Below are positions 38,662-51,033 of a stretch of 64,000 nucleotides of DNA, piece after piece. Numbering within the stretch: position 1 is the stretch's first letter; the number at the start of each line of letters is the position of its first letter. A program made the position numbers and the translations under genes. The notes beneath the pieces were generated by a model, which was not told the DNA's origin, ran no database searches, and worked only from the letters and a program-made list of their open reading frames with translations. The stretch is from an uncultured Gemmatimonadales bacterium (GTDB taxonomy: Bacteria > Gemmatimonadota > Gemmatimonadetes > Longimicrobiales > RSA9): positions 128,001 to 192,000 of the forward strand of contig CAWAMW010000007.1 in NCBI GenBank assembly GCA_963783305.1. The letters are read 5' to 3'.

Positions 38662-40368
38662 ATGTTCGGTAGCCTGAAAGGCCGGATCTTCATCATCCTC
38701 CTGGCCGTCGTCGCCAGTGGCTGGTTCCTCTACGACAACTACGAGTCGTGCGCGGAGCACCGAACGGAGGGGGACCTGAGCACGGCCTGCTCGCCGATCA
38801 AGCTCGGGCTCGATTTGCAGGGCGGCATGCACCTGGTCCTCGAGGTCGAGGACCGCGAGGGCACCATGACGCCGGAAAGTCGCGCGGATGCCACGGATCG
38901 CGCCCTGAAGATCATCCGCACCCGGATCGATCAGTTCGGTGTGGAGGAGCCGCTCATCCAGAAGTCCGGGACTGATCGGATCATCGTGGAGCTCGCCGGG
39001 ATCAGCGACGAGGGTCGGGCGAAGGACATCCTCCAGCAGACCGCTTTCCTCCAGTTCTTCCTCGTGGAATCCGGACAGGAGTACCAGACCTTCCGGAACT
39101 CCCTCGACCGCATCGATCGCGCGGTCCTGGCGGCGTTCCCGGACGCGGGCACCCGCACGGCGCGGCAGGCCCCGCAGGGTGAGACCGTGGAGGACCTTTT
39201 GTTCGGTGGGGACACCACCGCCGCAGCGTCCACCGACAGCCCGTCGGTCGCCGATTCCGCGGCCGCTGGGGAAGCGACCGCTGGGGAAGCGGTGGCTGGG
39301 GAAGCGGAGGCGCCCAGCCGGCGTCCGTTTAGCGAGCTGCTCCTCCAGGGCTCGCAGGAGGGACAGCTGCTGGTGGATGAGCGCGACGCCGCGACCATCG
39401 CCGAGTGGCTGGCGTCGGACCAGGTGCAGCGCGCGGTCCCGCGGGGGATGACGCTCCGACTCGGCCAGGAGCCGCAGGGCGAGGGGGCGGAGCTCTATCG
39501 TCCGCTGTGGGTGCTGGAGGATCGGCCGTTCCTGCGGGGCGAGGAACTCGAGAACGCGGTGGCGGGGAAGGAGAGCCAGTTCAACGAGACCATCGTCTCC
39601 TTCGATCTCTCCCGGCGCGGAGGCCGCATCTTCGAGCGGGTCACGAGCGAGAACATCGGGGAGCTGATCGCCATCGTTCTGGACGAGCAGGTGGTGAGTG
39701 CGCCGGTGATCCGCGGTCGGATCGGCGCGTCGGGCCAGATCCAGATGGGCCAGGCGCCGCTGTCGGAGGCGCAGGACCTGGCGCTGGTGCTCCGCGCCGG
39801 CGCGCTCCCGGCGCCGCTCCGCATTATGGAAGAGCGGACGGTGGGCCCGTCGTTGGGCGCCGATTCGGTGGAGAAGGGTGAGCTCGCGGGCATCGTCGGA
39901 CTCATGCTGGTCGTGCTGATCATGGTCGGCTACTACCGCACATCTGGCGCGTTGGCCGTGGGCGCCCTGGTGGTGTACGTGATCCTGGTCATGGGCGGGC
40001 TCGCCGCCTTCAACGCCACGCTTACCCTTCCGGGGATCGCGGGTCTCATCCTGTCGGTCGGTATGGCCGTGGACGCCAATGTGCTCATTTTCGAGCGCAT
40101 TCGTGAGGAGCTGGCCGCCGGCCGGGTCCCGCGGACCGCCTCGGACGAGGGGTTCAAGCACGCCATGTCCGCCATCGTCGACTCCAATCTCACGACGCTG
40201 CTGACGGCGCTCATCCTCTTCCAGTTCGGGACCGGACCGGTGCGCGGCTTCGCCGTTACACTCTCCGTGGGGATCGTGGCGTCGTTCTTCTCTGCGGTTT
40301 ATGTCACCCGGACCTTCTTCCTGCTCTACCTCGAGGGGAAGAAGCCCACCGAGCCCATCAGCATCTGA
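38662..40368 (+). CDS. secD: Protein translocase subunit SecD
   Basis: LGLDLQGGMHLVL, RIDQFGVEEP, LRAGALPAP, VGPSLG, AVDANVLIFERIREE; GGAG SD before ATG 38662. Confidence 0.95.
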   Translation: MFGSLKGRIFIILLAVVASGWFLYDNYESCAEHRTEGDLSTACSPIKLGLDLQGGMHLVLEVEDREGTMTPESRADATDRALKIIRTRIDQFGVEEPLIQKSGTDRIIVELAGISDEGRAKDILQQTAFLQFFLVESGQEYQTFRNSLDRIDRAVLAAFPDAGTRTARQAPQGETVEDLLFGGDTTAAASTDSPSVADSAAAGEATAGEAVAGEAEAPSRRPFSELLLQGSQEGQLLVDERDAATIAEWLASDQVQRAVPRGMTLRLGQEPQGEGAELYRPLWVLEDRPFLRGEELENAVAGKESQFNETIVSFDLSRRGGRIFERVTSENIGELIAIVLDEQVVSAPVIRGRIGASGQIQMGQAPLSEAQDLALVLRAGALPAPLRIMEERTVGPSLGADSVEKGELAGIVGLMLVVLIMVGYYRTSGALAVGALVVYVILVMGGLAAFNATLTLPGIAGLILSVGMAVDANVLIFERIREELAAGRVPRTASDEGFKHAMSAIVDSNLTTLLTALILFQFGTGPVRGFAVTLSVGIVASFFSAVYVTRTFFLLYLEGKKPTEPISI

Positions 40369-40391
40369 CGACGAACGGATACGAGGAATAG

Positions 40392-41336
40392 ATGCGGTTT
40401 TTCCAGGACGCGAACTACAACTTCATCGAACGGCGCCGCCCCGCTTACCTGATCAGCGTGGTCGTGATCGCCATCGGGATCATCGGCATGGCCGCCTTCG
40501 GAATCGGCGGCCAGGGCTGGGTGAACTACGGCGTGGACTTCACCGGCGGCACCATCGTCCAGGTGCGGTTCGATGCGCCTACCACCGTGGCGGATGTGCG
40601 CGGCGCACTGGGCACCATGCAGCGCGCGGAGGTGACCCAGTTCGGGACGGCTTCCGAGTACCTGATCCGGGTGCCGGAGTTCGTGGAAGAGGGCACCAAC
40701 ACGTCGGAGATCATCACCGGCACGCTGGCGGACTCGTACGGCGCGGGCACGTTCGAGATGGAGCGTACCGAAGCGGTGGGACCGAAGATCGGGAGTGAGC
40801 TCCAGCAGAAGGCGCTGCTGGCCATTCTCATGTCCTTCGCCCTGACGCTGATCTACCTGGCGTTCCGCTTCGAGTGGCGCTTCGGCGTGGCAGCGGTCAT
40901 TGCGACCGTCCACGACATCCTCATCACGCTGGGCTTCATTTCCATCCTGCGGATCGAGGTTTCCCTGCCCACTGTGGCGGCCGTCCTAACGATCATCGGC
41001 TACTCCCTGAACGACACGATCATCGTGTTCGATCGGATTCGCGAGAATCTCCAGGGTCCGCGCCGCCGGGATCCGTACATCGGGATCATCGACCGCTCGA
41101 TCAACGAGGTGCTCCCCCGGACCATCATGACCTCCGGGACCACCTTCGCCGTGCTCCTCGCCCTGTTCCTGCTGGGCGGGACCATCATCCGCGATTTCGC
41201 CCTGATCCTCATGCTGGGGATCGTGGTCGGAACCTACTCCTCCATCTTCGTGGCCTCACCCGCGCTGCTGGAGATCGAAGAGCGGACGGGCGAGCAACAC
41301 GGCGGCGCTCGGAGCAAGGCCAGAGCCGGCACGTAG
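40392..41336 (+). CDS. secF: Protein translocase subunit SecF
   Basis: GVDFTGG, VGPKIGSEL, GYSLNDTIIVFDRIREN, GTYSSIFVA. Confidence 0.95.
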   Translation: MRFFQDANYNFIERRRPAYLISVVVIAIGIIGMAAFGIGGQGWVNYGVDFTGGTIVQVRFDAPTTVADVRGALGTMQRAEVTQFGTASEYLIRVPEFVEEGTNTSEIITGTLADSYGAGTFEMERTEAVGPKIGSELQQKALLAILMSFALTLIYLAFRFEWRFGVAAVIATVHDILITLGFISILRIEVSLPTVAAVLTIIGYSLNDTIIVFDRIRENLQGPRRRDPYIGIIDRSINEVLPRTIMTSGTTFAVLLALFLLGGTIIRDFALILMLGIVVGTYSSIFVASPALLEIEERTGEQHGGARSKARAGT

Positions 41337-41406
41337 ACCGGCCGGATGCACACCTTCGACCGAGGAAGGCCGCCGGCAGCGCCGTGCGGCCTTCCTCACT
41401 TGTGAG

Positions 41407-42168
41407 ATGTACTTCGATTCCCACTGCCACCTGACCGACGACCGCTTCGCCGGAGACGCTGACGCCGCGGCGGAGCGGGCCCGGGAGGCCGGTGTCACCC
41501 GCTTCGTGCTGATCGCCTCCGACGATGAGGACGCTGAACGGGCCCTCACCCTCGCCGAGCGCCTCCACGTGTGGGCCACCGCCGGCATCCACCCCCACGC
41601 CGCCGCGCGCGCAGAGCAGGGATTCCATTGCGTGCGCAGGCTGGTGGGGGAGGAGGACCGGGTGGTGGCCGTAGGCGAGACGGGTCTCGACTACTACTAC
41701 GACAACTCGCCCCGCAGCACTCAGCGCGCCAGCTTCGAACAGCATCTCGAGCTCGCGGCCTCCAGCGGGAAGCCCATCGTGGTCCACTCCCGAGACGCCG
41801 ATGACGACACCATCGCCATGATCCGATCGACGGGCCCCGCAGTCACCGGGGTGCTCCACTGTTTCGCGGGCGGCCGCGCCCTCTTCGATGCGGGGGTAGA
41901 GGCCGGGTGGTACATCTCGTTCTCCGGGCTGATCACGTTCAAGAGCTATCGGACGAAGGAGCTCGTGGCCGAGACACCGCCGGACCGCCTCCTGGTGGAG
42001 ACCGATTCCCCGTACCTCGCCCCTGTCCCGCACCGGGGGCAGCGGAACGAGCCGGCGCGGGTTGTGGACGTGGCCCGCGCCGCGGCGGAACTGCGCGGGG
42101 AGTCGCTGGAGAGCTTGGCGCGGATGACCACCCGCAACGCCCTCACCTTCTACCAGATCGCCGGATGA
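41407..42168 (+). CDS. TatD-family hydrolase
   Basis: DSHCHL, GIHPH, GETGLDY, HSRDA, ETDSPYLAP, RNEP. Confidence 0.92.
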   Translation: MYFDSHCHLTDDRFAGDADAAAERAREAGVTRFVLIASDDEDAERALTLAERLHVWATAGIHPHAAARAEQGFHCVRRLVGEEDRVVAVGETGLDYYYDNSPRSTQRASFEQHLELAASSGKPIVVHSRDADDDTIAMIRSTGPAVTGVLHCFAGGRALFDAGVEAGWYISFSGLITFKSYRTKELVAETPPDRLLVETDSPYLAPVPHRGQRNEPARVVDVARAAAELRGESLESLARMTTRNALTFYQIAG

Positions 42169-43949
42169 CCCGACGCGTCCAGATCCTGCCCGACACCCTG
42201 GCCAACCAGATCGCCGCGGGAGAGGTGGTCGAGCGGCCGGCGTCGGTGGTGAAGGAGCTGGTGGAGAACGCACTGGACGCTGCAGCCCGGCGCGTCGATG
42301 TGGTGATCCGGAACGGGGGGAAGACGGAGATCCGGGTCTCCGACGATGGCCACGGGATGGGCCGCGAGGACGCGCTCCTGGCGCTCGACCGTCACGCCAC
42401 CAGCAAGATCGCGAGCGAGGAAGATCTCCGGGGTGTGCGCACGTTCGGCTTCCGGGGTGAGGCGCTCCCATCCATCGCGAGCGTGGCGCGCCTCACGCTG
42501 GAGACGGCCGAAGCCGGGGGCGTGGGGACGCGCGTCCGGGTTTCGGGTGGGCGCATCATGGGGGCGGAGGACTGTGCACGCCAGCGTGGCACCACCGTCA
42601 CCATCCGGAACCTCTTCTTCAACGTGCCCGCCCGCGCGAAGTTCCTGAAGAGCGCGGCTGTGGAGACCCGGGCCATCGCCGACGACCTGACCGCGCTCGC
42701 ACTCGCCAACCTGTCGGCGGCGTTCCGGCTCGAGTCCAACGGCCGCACCCTGATGGATCTCCCCAGGGCCCGCGACCTGGCCAGTCGCGCCGCGGCCCTC
42801 TGGGGAGAGGGGTTCGGCAGGGCGCTCATCCCGGTTTCCTACAGCATGGACGCGATCGAGGTGGTCGGGCTCGTGGAGCGGCCGGACGCCGCAGTCAGCG
42901 GACCGCGCCGCGTCCACCTCTTCGTGGCGGGCCGACCGTTCCGCGACCGCGGGCTGGTCGCGGCCGCCGAGCGGGGCTACCGCACCACTGTGCCCCAGGG
43001 CGCGAAGCCGTCCATGCTCCTCTACCTGGACGTCCCGGCGGGTGGCGTGGATGTCAACGTCCATCCCTCGAAAGCGGAAGTCCGGTTCGGGAAGCCGGCC
43101 GCCGTCGAGTCTGCCGTGGAGGTGGCCGTGCGCGACGCCATGACCACCGTGGACAGCGCGGCGACCCTGGACCAGCGGGCATCGCCGCCCCAGATCCGCC
43201 GTCCACCGGGGCAGGGGCCGGGCCGTGGAACCGCCGGCAGGAGCGACGCCGGGCCGTCGGCGGGCGACGAGGGGCAGCTGGCCTTCTTCGTGGCCGCCGC
43301 CCCGCGCGGCTCCGCGGAAGCGGCGGGGACCACGGGGGACGCGGCCGAGGCGGCCGGCGTCGATGAGGAGCGCCGGCATGCGCTCTGGCAGATCCACGAC
43401 ACCTACATCGTGGCCGAGACCCGGAGCGGGATCCTCATCATCGACCAGCATTCCGCGCACGAGCGCATCCTCTTCGAGGCGCTGATGCGCGACTTCGACG
43501 CTGGTGGTCGCCCCAGTCAGCGGCTCCTGTTCCCCATCACGCTCCAGCTCTCCCCGGCGGAGTACACGGTGGTGGAGGATACCCAGGCGCTGCTGGAGCA
43601 GACCGGGTTCGAGGCCGAGCCATTTGGTGGCCGCACGGTCATCGTCCATGCCGCTCCGAACCCGCATCCGTGGTTCGACGCCGAGCGCTGCCTGCGGGAG
43701 ATGCTGGCCGAGCTCGCGGAGGGGAGCGAGCTGACGCGCGCGGCGCGGAACCAGTACGAGCGCCTGGCCATGACATTCGCCTGCAAGGGCGCGATCAAGG
43801 CCGGGCAGCGCCTTTCCCGGGACGAGATGCGAGAGCTGTTCGACGACCTCTTCTCGACCGAGCTCCCGTACCACGACGTCCACGGCCGTCCGACCATCGT
43901 CCGGCTCTCGGTGGAGGAGCTGGAGCGGCGTTTCGGACGCCATGGCTGA
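42165..43949 (+). CDS. mutL: DNA mismatch repair endonuclease MutL
   Basis: NQIAAGEVVERPASVVKELVEN, HATSKI, GFRGEALPSI, DQHSAHERI, ACKGAIK, HGRPT. Confidence 0.96.
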   Translation: MTRRVQILPDTLANQIAAGEVVERPASVVKELVENALDAAARRVDVVIRNGGKTEIRVSDDGHGMGREDALLALDRHATSKIASEEDLRGVRTFGFRGEALPSIASVARLTLETAEAGGVGTRVRVSGGRIMGAEDCARQRGTTVTIRNLFFNVPARAKFLKSAAVETRAIADDLTALALANLSAAFRLESNGRTLMDLPRARDLASRAAALWGEGFGRALIPVSYSMDAIEVVGLVERPDAAVSGPRRVHLFVAGRPFRDRGLVAAAERGYRTTVPQGAKPSMLLYLDVPAGGVDVNVHPSKAEVRFGKPAAVESAVEVAVRDAMTTVDSAATLDQRASPPQIRRPPGQGPGRGTAGRSDAGPSAGDEGQLAFFVAAAPRGSAEAAGTTGDAAEAAGVDEERRHALWQIHDTYIVAETRSGILIIDQHSAHERILFEALMRDFDAGGRPSQRLLFPITLQLSPAEYTVVEDTQALLEQTGFEAEPFGGRTVIVHAAPNPHPWFDAERCLREMLAELAEGSELTRAARNQYERLAMTFACKGAIKAGQRLSRDEMRELFDDLFSTELPYHDVHGRPTIVRLSVEELERRFGRHG

Positions 43950-44892
43950 CCGGCCGGCTCCGCCCTACCCGGCTCTGGTTCTCACCGGGCCGACCGGCGT
44001 CGGGAAGTCCGCTCTCGGGATCGCCCTCGCCGAGCACATCGGGGGCGAGATCATCTCCGCCGACTCCCGGCAGGTTTACCGCCGCATGGACATCGGCACC
44101 GCCAAGGTCACCCCCGTGGAGCGAGCCCGAGTGCCCCACCACGGACTCGATATTGTGAACCCCGGCGAGCGGTATTCCGCTGGTCGCTTCGCCCGCGACG
44201 CCCGTGGCTGGATCCGCGAGATCCGCGAGCGGGGCAGCACTCCGATCATCGTGGGCGGCACGGGCTTCTTCATCCGAGCACTCACACACCCGTTGTTCGA
44301 GGAGCCGGAAATGGATGACGAGCGCCGGGAGGCGCTCCGGGGCCATCTCTCCGGAGCCGACCCCGAGGTCCTCCGGGCGTGGCTCGGACGCCTGGACCCC
44401 GAGAGCGCCGAGGCGCTGAAGGAGCGGGGCGGAACGCAGCGGATCATGCGGGCGCTGGAGGTCGTGCTCCTCACGGGTCATGCGTTGCCGTGGTGGCAGC
44501 GGAAGCGACCCGCGTCCGCAGCGCCGCTGTCCGCGGATATCTTCGTCCTCGACGTCGCGAGGGAGGGGCTGTACGATCGGATCGACCGCCGTGTGGACGC
44601 CATGATCGAGGCAGGGCTGGTGGACGAGGTGGCGGAACTGCTGGAGGATGGCTACGCTCCCGGCGATCCCGGCATGAACGCCACTGGATACCCTGAGATC
44701 GCGGCTGACCTTCGCGGCGAGCTGTCGCTCGACGAGGCCGTCCGCCGCATCAGGCGCCGAACCCGGGGCTACGCCCGACGGCAGCTGACGTGGTTCAGGA
44801 AACAGCTGCCGGAGGGGGCGGTCTGGCTGGACGGCCGCCTGCCGATCCCGGAACTGGTGGACCAGGTCCTGGAGCAATGGAGCGCCCCTTGA
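43942..44892 (+). CDS. miaA: tRNA dimethylallyltransferase
   Basis: GPTGVGKS, DSRQVYRRMDIGTAK, GGTGFF, YARRQLTWFR. Confidence 0.95.
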   Translation: MADRPAPPYPALVLTGPTGVGKSALGIALAEHIGGEIISADSRQVYRRMDIGTAKVTPVERARVPHHGLDIVNPGERYSAGRFARDARGWIREIRERGSTPIIVGGTGFFIRALTHPLFEEPEMDDERREALRGHLSGADPEVLRAWLGRLDPESAEALKERGGTQRIMRALEVVLLTGHALPWWQRKRPASAAPLSADIFVLDVAREGLYDRIDRRVDAMIEAGLVDEVAELLEDGYAPGDPGMNATGYPEIAADLRGELSLDEAVRRIRRRTRGYARRQLTWFRKQLPEGAVWLDGRLPIPELVDQVLEQWSAP

Positions 44893-46004
44893 GAATCGGA
44901 ATTACCTGTTATCCCGTCTATGGCGGGTCTGGCGTGGTCGCGACGGAGCTGGGCCTCGAACTGGCTCACCGCGGCCACGAGGTCCACTTCATCACCTACG
45001 CGCAGCCCTTCCGGCTCTCGCGCTTCGTGGAGAACGTCTACTACCACGAGGTGGAGGTGCCCATCTACCCCCTCTTCGAGTACCCGCCCTACTCGCTTGC
45101 ACTGGCGGTGGCCATGCAGAACGCCGCCGAGCGGCGAAGCCTCGATCTCCTGCACGTCCACTATGCCGTCCCCCACGCCACCTCCGCCTGGCTCGCCAAG
45201 GAGCTGCTGGAGGGTCGCGGCCCCCGCGTGGTGACCACGCTCCACGGCACCGACATCACCCTCGTGGGGCGCGATCCGTCCTACCACGCCATAACGCGCT
45301 TCTCCCTCCGGAAGTCCGACGGCATCACGGCGGTCTCGGATTACCTCAAGAAGGAGACGGTGGAGCGCTTCAATGTTCCCGCCGACAGCATCGAGGTGAT
45401 CCCGAACTTCGTGGACCTGAACATCTATCGGCGCGACCTGGAGCCGTGCCATCGCAATCAGTTCGCGCGAGACGATGAGAAGGTCATCATGCACATTTCC
45501 AATTTTCGCTCCGTGAAGCGGGTGACGGATGTGGTGCGGATCTTCAGCCGCGTCAATCGCGAGATGCCGTCACGGCTCGTCTTCATCGGCGACGGCCCTG
45601 AGCGCGGCCACACCCTCCAGGTGGCGGAGGACGAAGGCGTAGGGGACCGGGTGCTCTACCTGGGTAAGCAGGAGTCGGTGGCGGAGATCCTCGCCTGCGC
45701 CGATCTCTTCCTCCTGCCCAGCGACAACGAGGCGTTCGGCCTCGTCGCTCTGGAGGCGATGGCCTGCGGTGTGCCTGTAGTGGGGAGCCACGTGGGCGGC
45801 ATACCGGAGGTCGTGACGCCGCCCGCCGGCATACTGAAGCCCGTGGGAGACGTGGATGCAATGGCCGAGGCAAGTCTCGAGCTGCTGCACCCCGACCGGT
45901 GGGTCGAAGCGTCGACCGCCGCTCGGGCGCGCGCCGCCGTCTTCGCCTCCGAGCACGTGGTCCCGCGCTACGAAGCCTATTACGAGAGGATCCTGAACGC
46001 GTGA
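44889..46004 (+). CDS. bshA: N-acetyl-alpha-D-glucosaminyl L-malate synthase
   Basis: [43 protein letters not shown]. Start TTG 44889 or ATG 44877. Confidence 0.9.
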   Translation: MRIGITCYPVYGGSGVVATELGLELAHRGHEVHFITYAQPFRLSRFVENVYYHEVEVPIYPLFEYPPYSLALAVAMQNAAERRSLDLLHVHYAVPHATSAWLAKELLEGRGPRVVTTLHGTDITLVGRDPSYHAITRFSLRKSDGITAVSDYLKKETVERFNVPADSIEVIPNFVDLNIYRRDLEPCHRNQFARDDEKVIMHISNFRSVKRVTDVVRIFSRVNREMPSRLVFIGDGPERGHTLQVAEDEGVGDRVLYLGKQESVAEILACADLFLLPSDNEAFGLVALEAMACGVPVVGSHVGGIPEVVTPPAGILKPVGDVDAMAEASLELLHPDRWVEASTAARARAAVFASEHVVPRYEAYYERILNA

Positions 46005-46777
46005 GTTATTTCGACGCCATCATTCTCGGGTTGGTGCAGGGAGTGACCGAGTTCCTGCCTGTCTCGAGCTCCGGCCACCTGGTCATGGCCCAGACCTTCC
46101 TGGGGGTGCCGTCCACCGGAGTCTTCATAGAGGTGGCGCTGCACGTGGCGACGCTGCTCTCCGTCATGATCGTGTACCGGTCCAAGCTCTGGGAGCTGCT
46201 GGTCGGTACCGCGCGCCGCGATCGCAGTGCCCTGCGGTATGTGGGCATGCTCATCATCGCTACCCTCCCCGTTGCGGTCATCGGGCTCCTTTTCCGGGAC
46301 CGCTTCGAGGCGGCATTCGATACCCCCTACGTCACCGGTTTCATGCTCCTGCTCACCGGCGCGATCCTCTACTCCACCACGTGGGCGCTGCGGGAGCAGC
46401 CGGACGATGAGCCTCGTACGAGACACGCGCTCACCATGGGGCTCGCACAGTGTCTGGCGCTGTTCCCCGGCGTGTCCCGCTCCGGGAGCACCATCGCGGC
46501 CGGCCTCTGGATCGGCCTGAATGGCGAGCGCGCTGCGGAGTTCTCGTTCCTCATGTCGCTCCCCGCCATTGCGGGTGCCGCGATTCTGCAGATCCCCGAC
46601 GTGGGGAGCGCCCCCCTTGATGGACCGCTCCTCGCCGGCTTCGCTGCCGCGCTGATCTCCGGTGTGGCCGCCATCAAGTCGCTGGTCTGGCTCGTGAAGA
46701 AGCAGGGCTTCCACTACTTCGCCTGGTACGTCTGGGCCGTCGGGCTGTTCTTCCTCGGCTATCTCTACCTCGGCTGA
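46001..46777 (+). CDS. uppP: Undecaprenyl-diphosphatase
   Basis: GLVQGVTEFLPVSSSGHL, PGVSRSGSTI, AAEFSFLM. Confidence 0.94.
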   Translation: MSYFDAIILGLVQGVTEFLPVSSSGHLVMAQTFLGVPSTGVFIEVALHVATLLSVMIVYRSKLWELLVGTARRDRSALRYVGMLIIATLPVAVIGLLFRDRFEAAFDTPYVTGFMLLLTGAILYSTTWALREQPDDEPRTRHALTMGLAQCLALFPGVSRSGSTIAAGLWIGLNGERAAEFSFLMSLPAIAGAAILQIPDVGSAPLDGPLLAGFAAALISGVAAIKSLVWLVKKQGFHYFAWYVWAVGLFFLGYLYLG

Positions 46778-46781
46778 CGCC

Positions 46782-47618
46782 GTGGAGCGCGAGGAGATGG
46801 AGCGCTGGCAGGGCCGCCCCGTACCTGATTGGGCGCGAGAGTGGCGCGTGCCGGAGCTGCGCGTCTTCCGTTCCGTGGGGTCCACCAACGACGTGGCCGC
46901 CGAGATGGCTGTCGCCGGCGCAGCCCAGGGGACGCTCGTCCTCGCCGAAGAGCAGACGAAGGGGCGAGGCCGCCGGGGCAGGGCCTGGACGGCCCGGCAC
47001 GGAGCCAGCCTCTCCATGTCCATGGTGCTCCGCCCGCTCACCCCGGCCGCGAGCCGCATCCTCACGCTCCGCCTCGGCCTGGCCGCCGCCGCGGCCATCG
47101 AGGAGACCCTCCCGCTGAACGTCGCGCTGAAATGGCCGAACGACCTGGTCGTGGACGGACGCAAGCTGGGCGGGATCCTCTGCGAAGCGAGCCTGGCGGA
47201 GGACCGCGTCCACCACGTCGTCGCGGGGATCGGCCTCAATCTCCGGCGCCCCGATGGCGGCTGGTCCCCGGAGCTCGCCGGACGAGCCATCTCCATGGAG
47301 GAAGCGATCGCCGACTCGGCGCCGACCGCTTCCACTCCGCCCCGGCTGGAGCCGGCCCCACTGGTCGCGCGGATCGCAGCGCACTGGCAGGCCGTCACGG
47401 CGGACCCGCGCGACGTCCTTTCCGAAAGCGAGCGCGACCGCTTCCGGGCGCGAGATGCACTGCGGGGAAGGCGAGTCGCCGTGAACGGTCGCGCCGCCGG
47501 CACGGCTGAAGGTCTTACCCCCGCCGGGGCGCTCCGTCTCCGCGGAGATGACGGCTGGGCCGAGATCACCGCCGGCTCGGTGAGGGCTACGGAAACCATG
47601 ACGGGAGAGAGCGCATGA
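46782..47618 (+). CDS. birA: Biotin--[acetyl-CoA carboxylase] ligase (no HTH)
   Basis: STND, AEEQTKGRGRRGRAW, KWPNDL, KLGGILCE. Confidence 0.92.
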   Translation: MEREEMERWQGRPVPDWAREWRVPELRVFRSVGSTNDVAAEMAVAGAAQGTLVLAEEQTKGRGRRGRAWTARHGASLSMSMVLRPLTPAASRILTLRLGLAAAAAIEETLPLNVALKWPNDLVVDGRKLGGILCEASLAEDRVHHVVAGIGLNLRRPDGGWSPELAGRAISMEEAIADSAPTASTPPRLEPAPLVARIAAHWQAVTADPRDVLSESERDRFRARDALRGRRVAVNGRAAGTAEGLTPAGALRLRGDDGWAEITAGSVRATETMTGESA

Positions 47619-48388
47619 TCCTGACTTTCGACATCGGCAACACCGAGACGGTCCTCGGCATTTTCGACGGCGAAGAGCTGGTCGGCCACTGGCGCCTGTC
47701 CACGCACCCGGAACGGACCGTCGACGAGTACGGACTCCTCCTCCGATCCATCCTCAGGGAAAGCGAGCTGCCCCCCGCCGCTATCCAGGGCGCTGTCCTC
47801 GCCTCCGTCGTGCCGCCCCTCACGCACGCGCTCTCCAGCGCCTGCTCCCGGCACCTCGGGCAGCACCCCGTCCTCGTAGAAGCCGGCTCCGACCTGCCCG
47901 TCCACCTCGACGTCGATGAACCGCTCTCTGTCGGCGCCGATCGCATCGCCAACACCCTCGCCGCCGCTCGACTCTACCACACCGATACCATTGTGGTGGA
48001 CCTCGGCACCGCCACCACCTTCGATTGCATCAGCGCCGACGCCACGTTTCTCGGCGGCATCATTGCGCCCGGCATTCGAACCGGCGCCGAGACCCTTACC
48101 CGCAGGACCGCCAAGCTCCCCCGCGTCGACCTCGACCCCCCGGCTCGCGTCATCGGCCGCCGCACCGACACCGCTCTCCAAAGCGGCATCTTCTTCGGCG
48201 CCGTCGAATCCATCGACGGGATCGTTCGCAGGATAAAGGAGGAGTGGGAAAGCGATCCCCTCGTCGTCGCCACCGGCGGCCTCGCCCGTTTCCTGGCGCC
48301 CCACTGCGCGTCCATCGATCGCGTCGAACCGTTCCTCACGCTCCACGGCCTCCGCTTCGTCTGGCAGGAACGACGCACAGGGCCCTGA
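47615..48388 (+). CDS. coaX: Type III pantothenate kinase
   Basis: DIGNT, SVVP, VGADR, VDLGTATTFD, GGIIAPG, ATGG. Confidence 0.94.
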   Translation: MILTFDIGNTETVLGIFDGEELVGHWRLSTHPERTVDEYGLLLRSILRESELPPAAIQGAVLASVVPPLTHALSSACSRHLGQHPVLVEAGSDLPVHLDVDEPLSVGADRIANTLAAARLYHTDTIVVDLGTATTFDCISADATFLGGIIAPGIRTGAETLTRRTAKLPRVDLDPPARVIGRRTDTALQSGIFFGAVESIDGIVRRIKEEWESDPLVVATGGLARFLAPHCASIDRVEPFLTLHGLRFVWQERRTGP

Positions 48389-48592
48389 GACCCCTACGGC
48401 CCTGAACCCCCCAGTCTCTGAGACGCACCGGCGAGGCACGGGCAGCGGCCCGCCGCCCCCGCCGCCATGCGCCCGGACATCGACCCCCGCAGTGGCGACC
48501 ATGGCCCTGCCGGATCGGCGCGCTTCGTTCTGCCGTTCTGACAACGGGGTGGGGCATGAGGCCTGCACCATCTGAGCTCTGGATGGCGGGCC

Positions 48593-48621
48593 TTGACACC
48601 GGTCGAGCGCCGCCCTACCGT
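48593..48621 (+). promoter_or_regulatory. Sigma70-type promoter of groESL
   Basis: TTGACA-17 nt-TACCGT immediately before CIRCE. Confidence 0.7.
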
Positions 48622-48631
48622 TGGGGTCTGA

Positions 48632-48658
48632 TTAGCACTCGATTACATTGAGTGCTAA
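48632..48658. promoter_or_regulatory. CIRCE operator (HrcA binding site)
   Basis: Exact consensus TTAGCACTC-N9-GAGTGCTAA upstream of groES. Confidence 0.97.
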
Positions 48659-48711
48659 CAACGACCGACCGTTGGACACACACTGAACCCTACAACACTG
48701 GAGGACATCCT

Positions 48712-49017
48712 ATGGCCACTGCTTCCGCGGTGAACATCAAGCCGTTGGCGGATCGCGTGGTGGTGAAGCCGCTCGATGACGCGCAGGAGACGAAGGGCGG
48801 TCTCTACATCCCCGACACGGCGAAAGAGAAGCCTCAGCAGGGCGAGATCATGGCGGTGGGCCCGGGTCGTGTGAGCGACAATGGCGCCCGGATCGACATG
48901 GAGCTGAGCAAGGGCGACAAGGTTCTGTACGGGAAGTACAGCGGGACCGAGGTCACCGTGGGCGGTGAGGAGTACCTGATCCTGCGGGAGACGGACGTCC
49001 TGGCGGTGATCGGCTGA
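48712..49017 (+). CDS. groES: Co-chaperonin GroES
   Basis: [41 protein letters not shown]. Confidence 0.97.
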   Translation: MATASAVNIKPLADRVVVKPLDDAQETKGGLYIPDTAKEKPQQGEIMAVGPGRVSDNGARIDMELSKGDKVLYGKYSGTEVTVGGEEYLILRETDVLAVIG

Positions 49018-49042
49018 GCCGACGTCGAGACTGATCGACTGA

Positions 49043-50716
<1,674 letters not shown>

Positions 50717-50745
50717 TCCAGAGCCGATTCGCCCGTGAGGGTGCG

Positions 50746-50778
50746 AGCCCCTGTCGTCCGCTGGACGGCGGGGGCTTT
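50746..50778 (+). terminator. Probable terminator after groEL
   Basis: AGCCCCTGTCGTCC-GCT-GGACGGCGGGGGCT hairpin followed by a short T run. Confidence 0.6.
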
Positions 50779-50830
50779 CGGCATCCAGCCGGCCCGGCAG
50801 GTCGAGGGTCTACCCCTGCGGCCGGTCCAC

Positions 50831-50936
50831 AGATCGATAGCGAGGCCGAAGGCCAAAGCGTTCTATAGCGAGCGCAGCGAAGCGTTCGACAGGGAGCGCA
50901 GCGACCGTTCGACAGGGAGCGCAGCGACCGTTCGCC
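50831..50936. repeat. Dispersed ~105-bp intergenic repeat, copy A
   Basis: Aligns end to end with 58044-58148 by eye; internal ~23-24-bp subunits. Confidence 0.9.
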
Positions 50937-51033
50937 GGCGCGCTCCCTGATTTCGCCAACCTCTAAAGCTCCCGTCGCCCCCGGCCGATACTGTCCTCGA
51001 AGCTGGATGACGAAGACCCACGTGAGGAATGGC

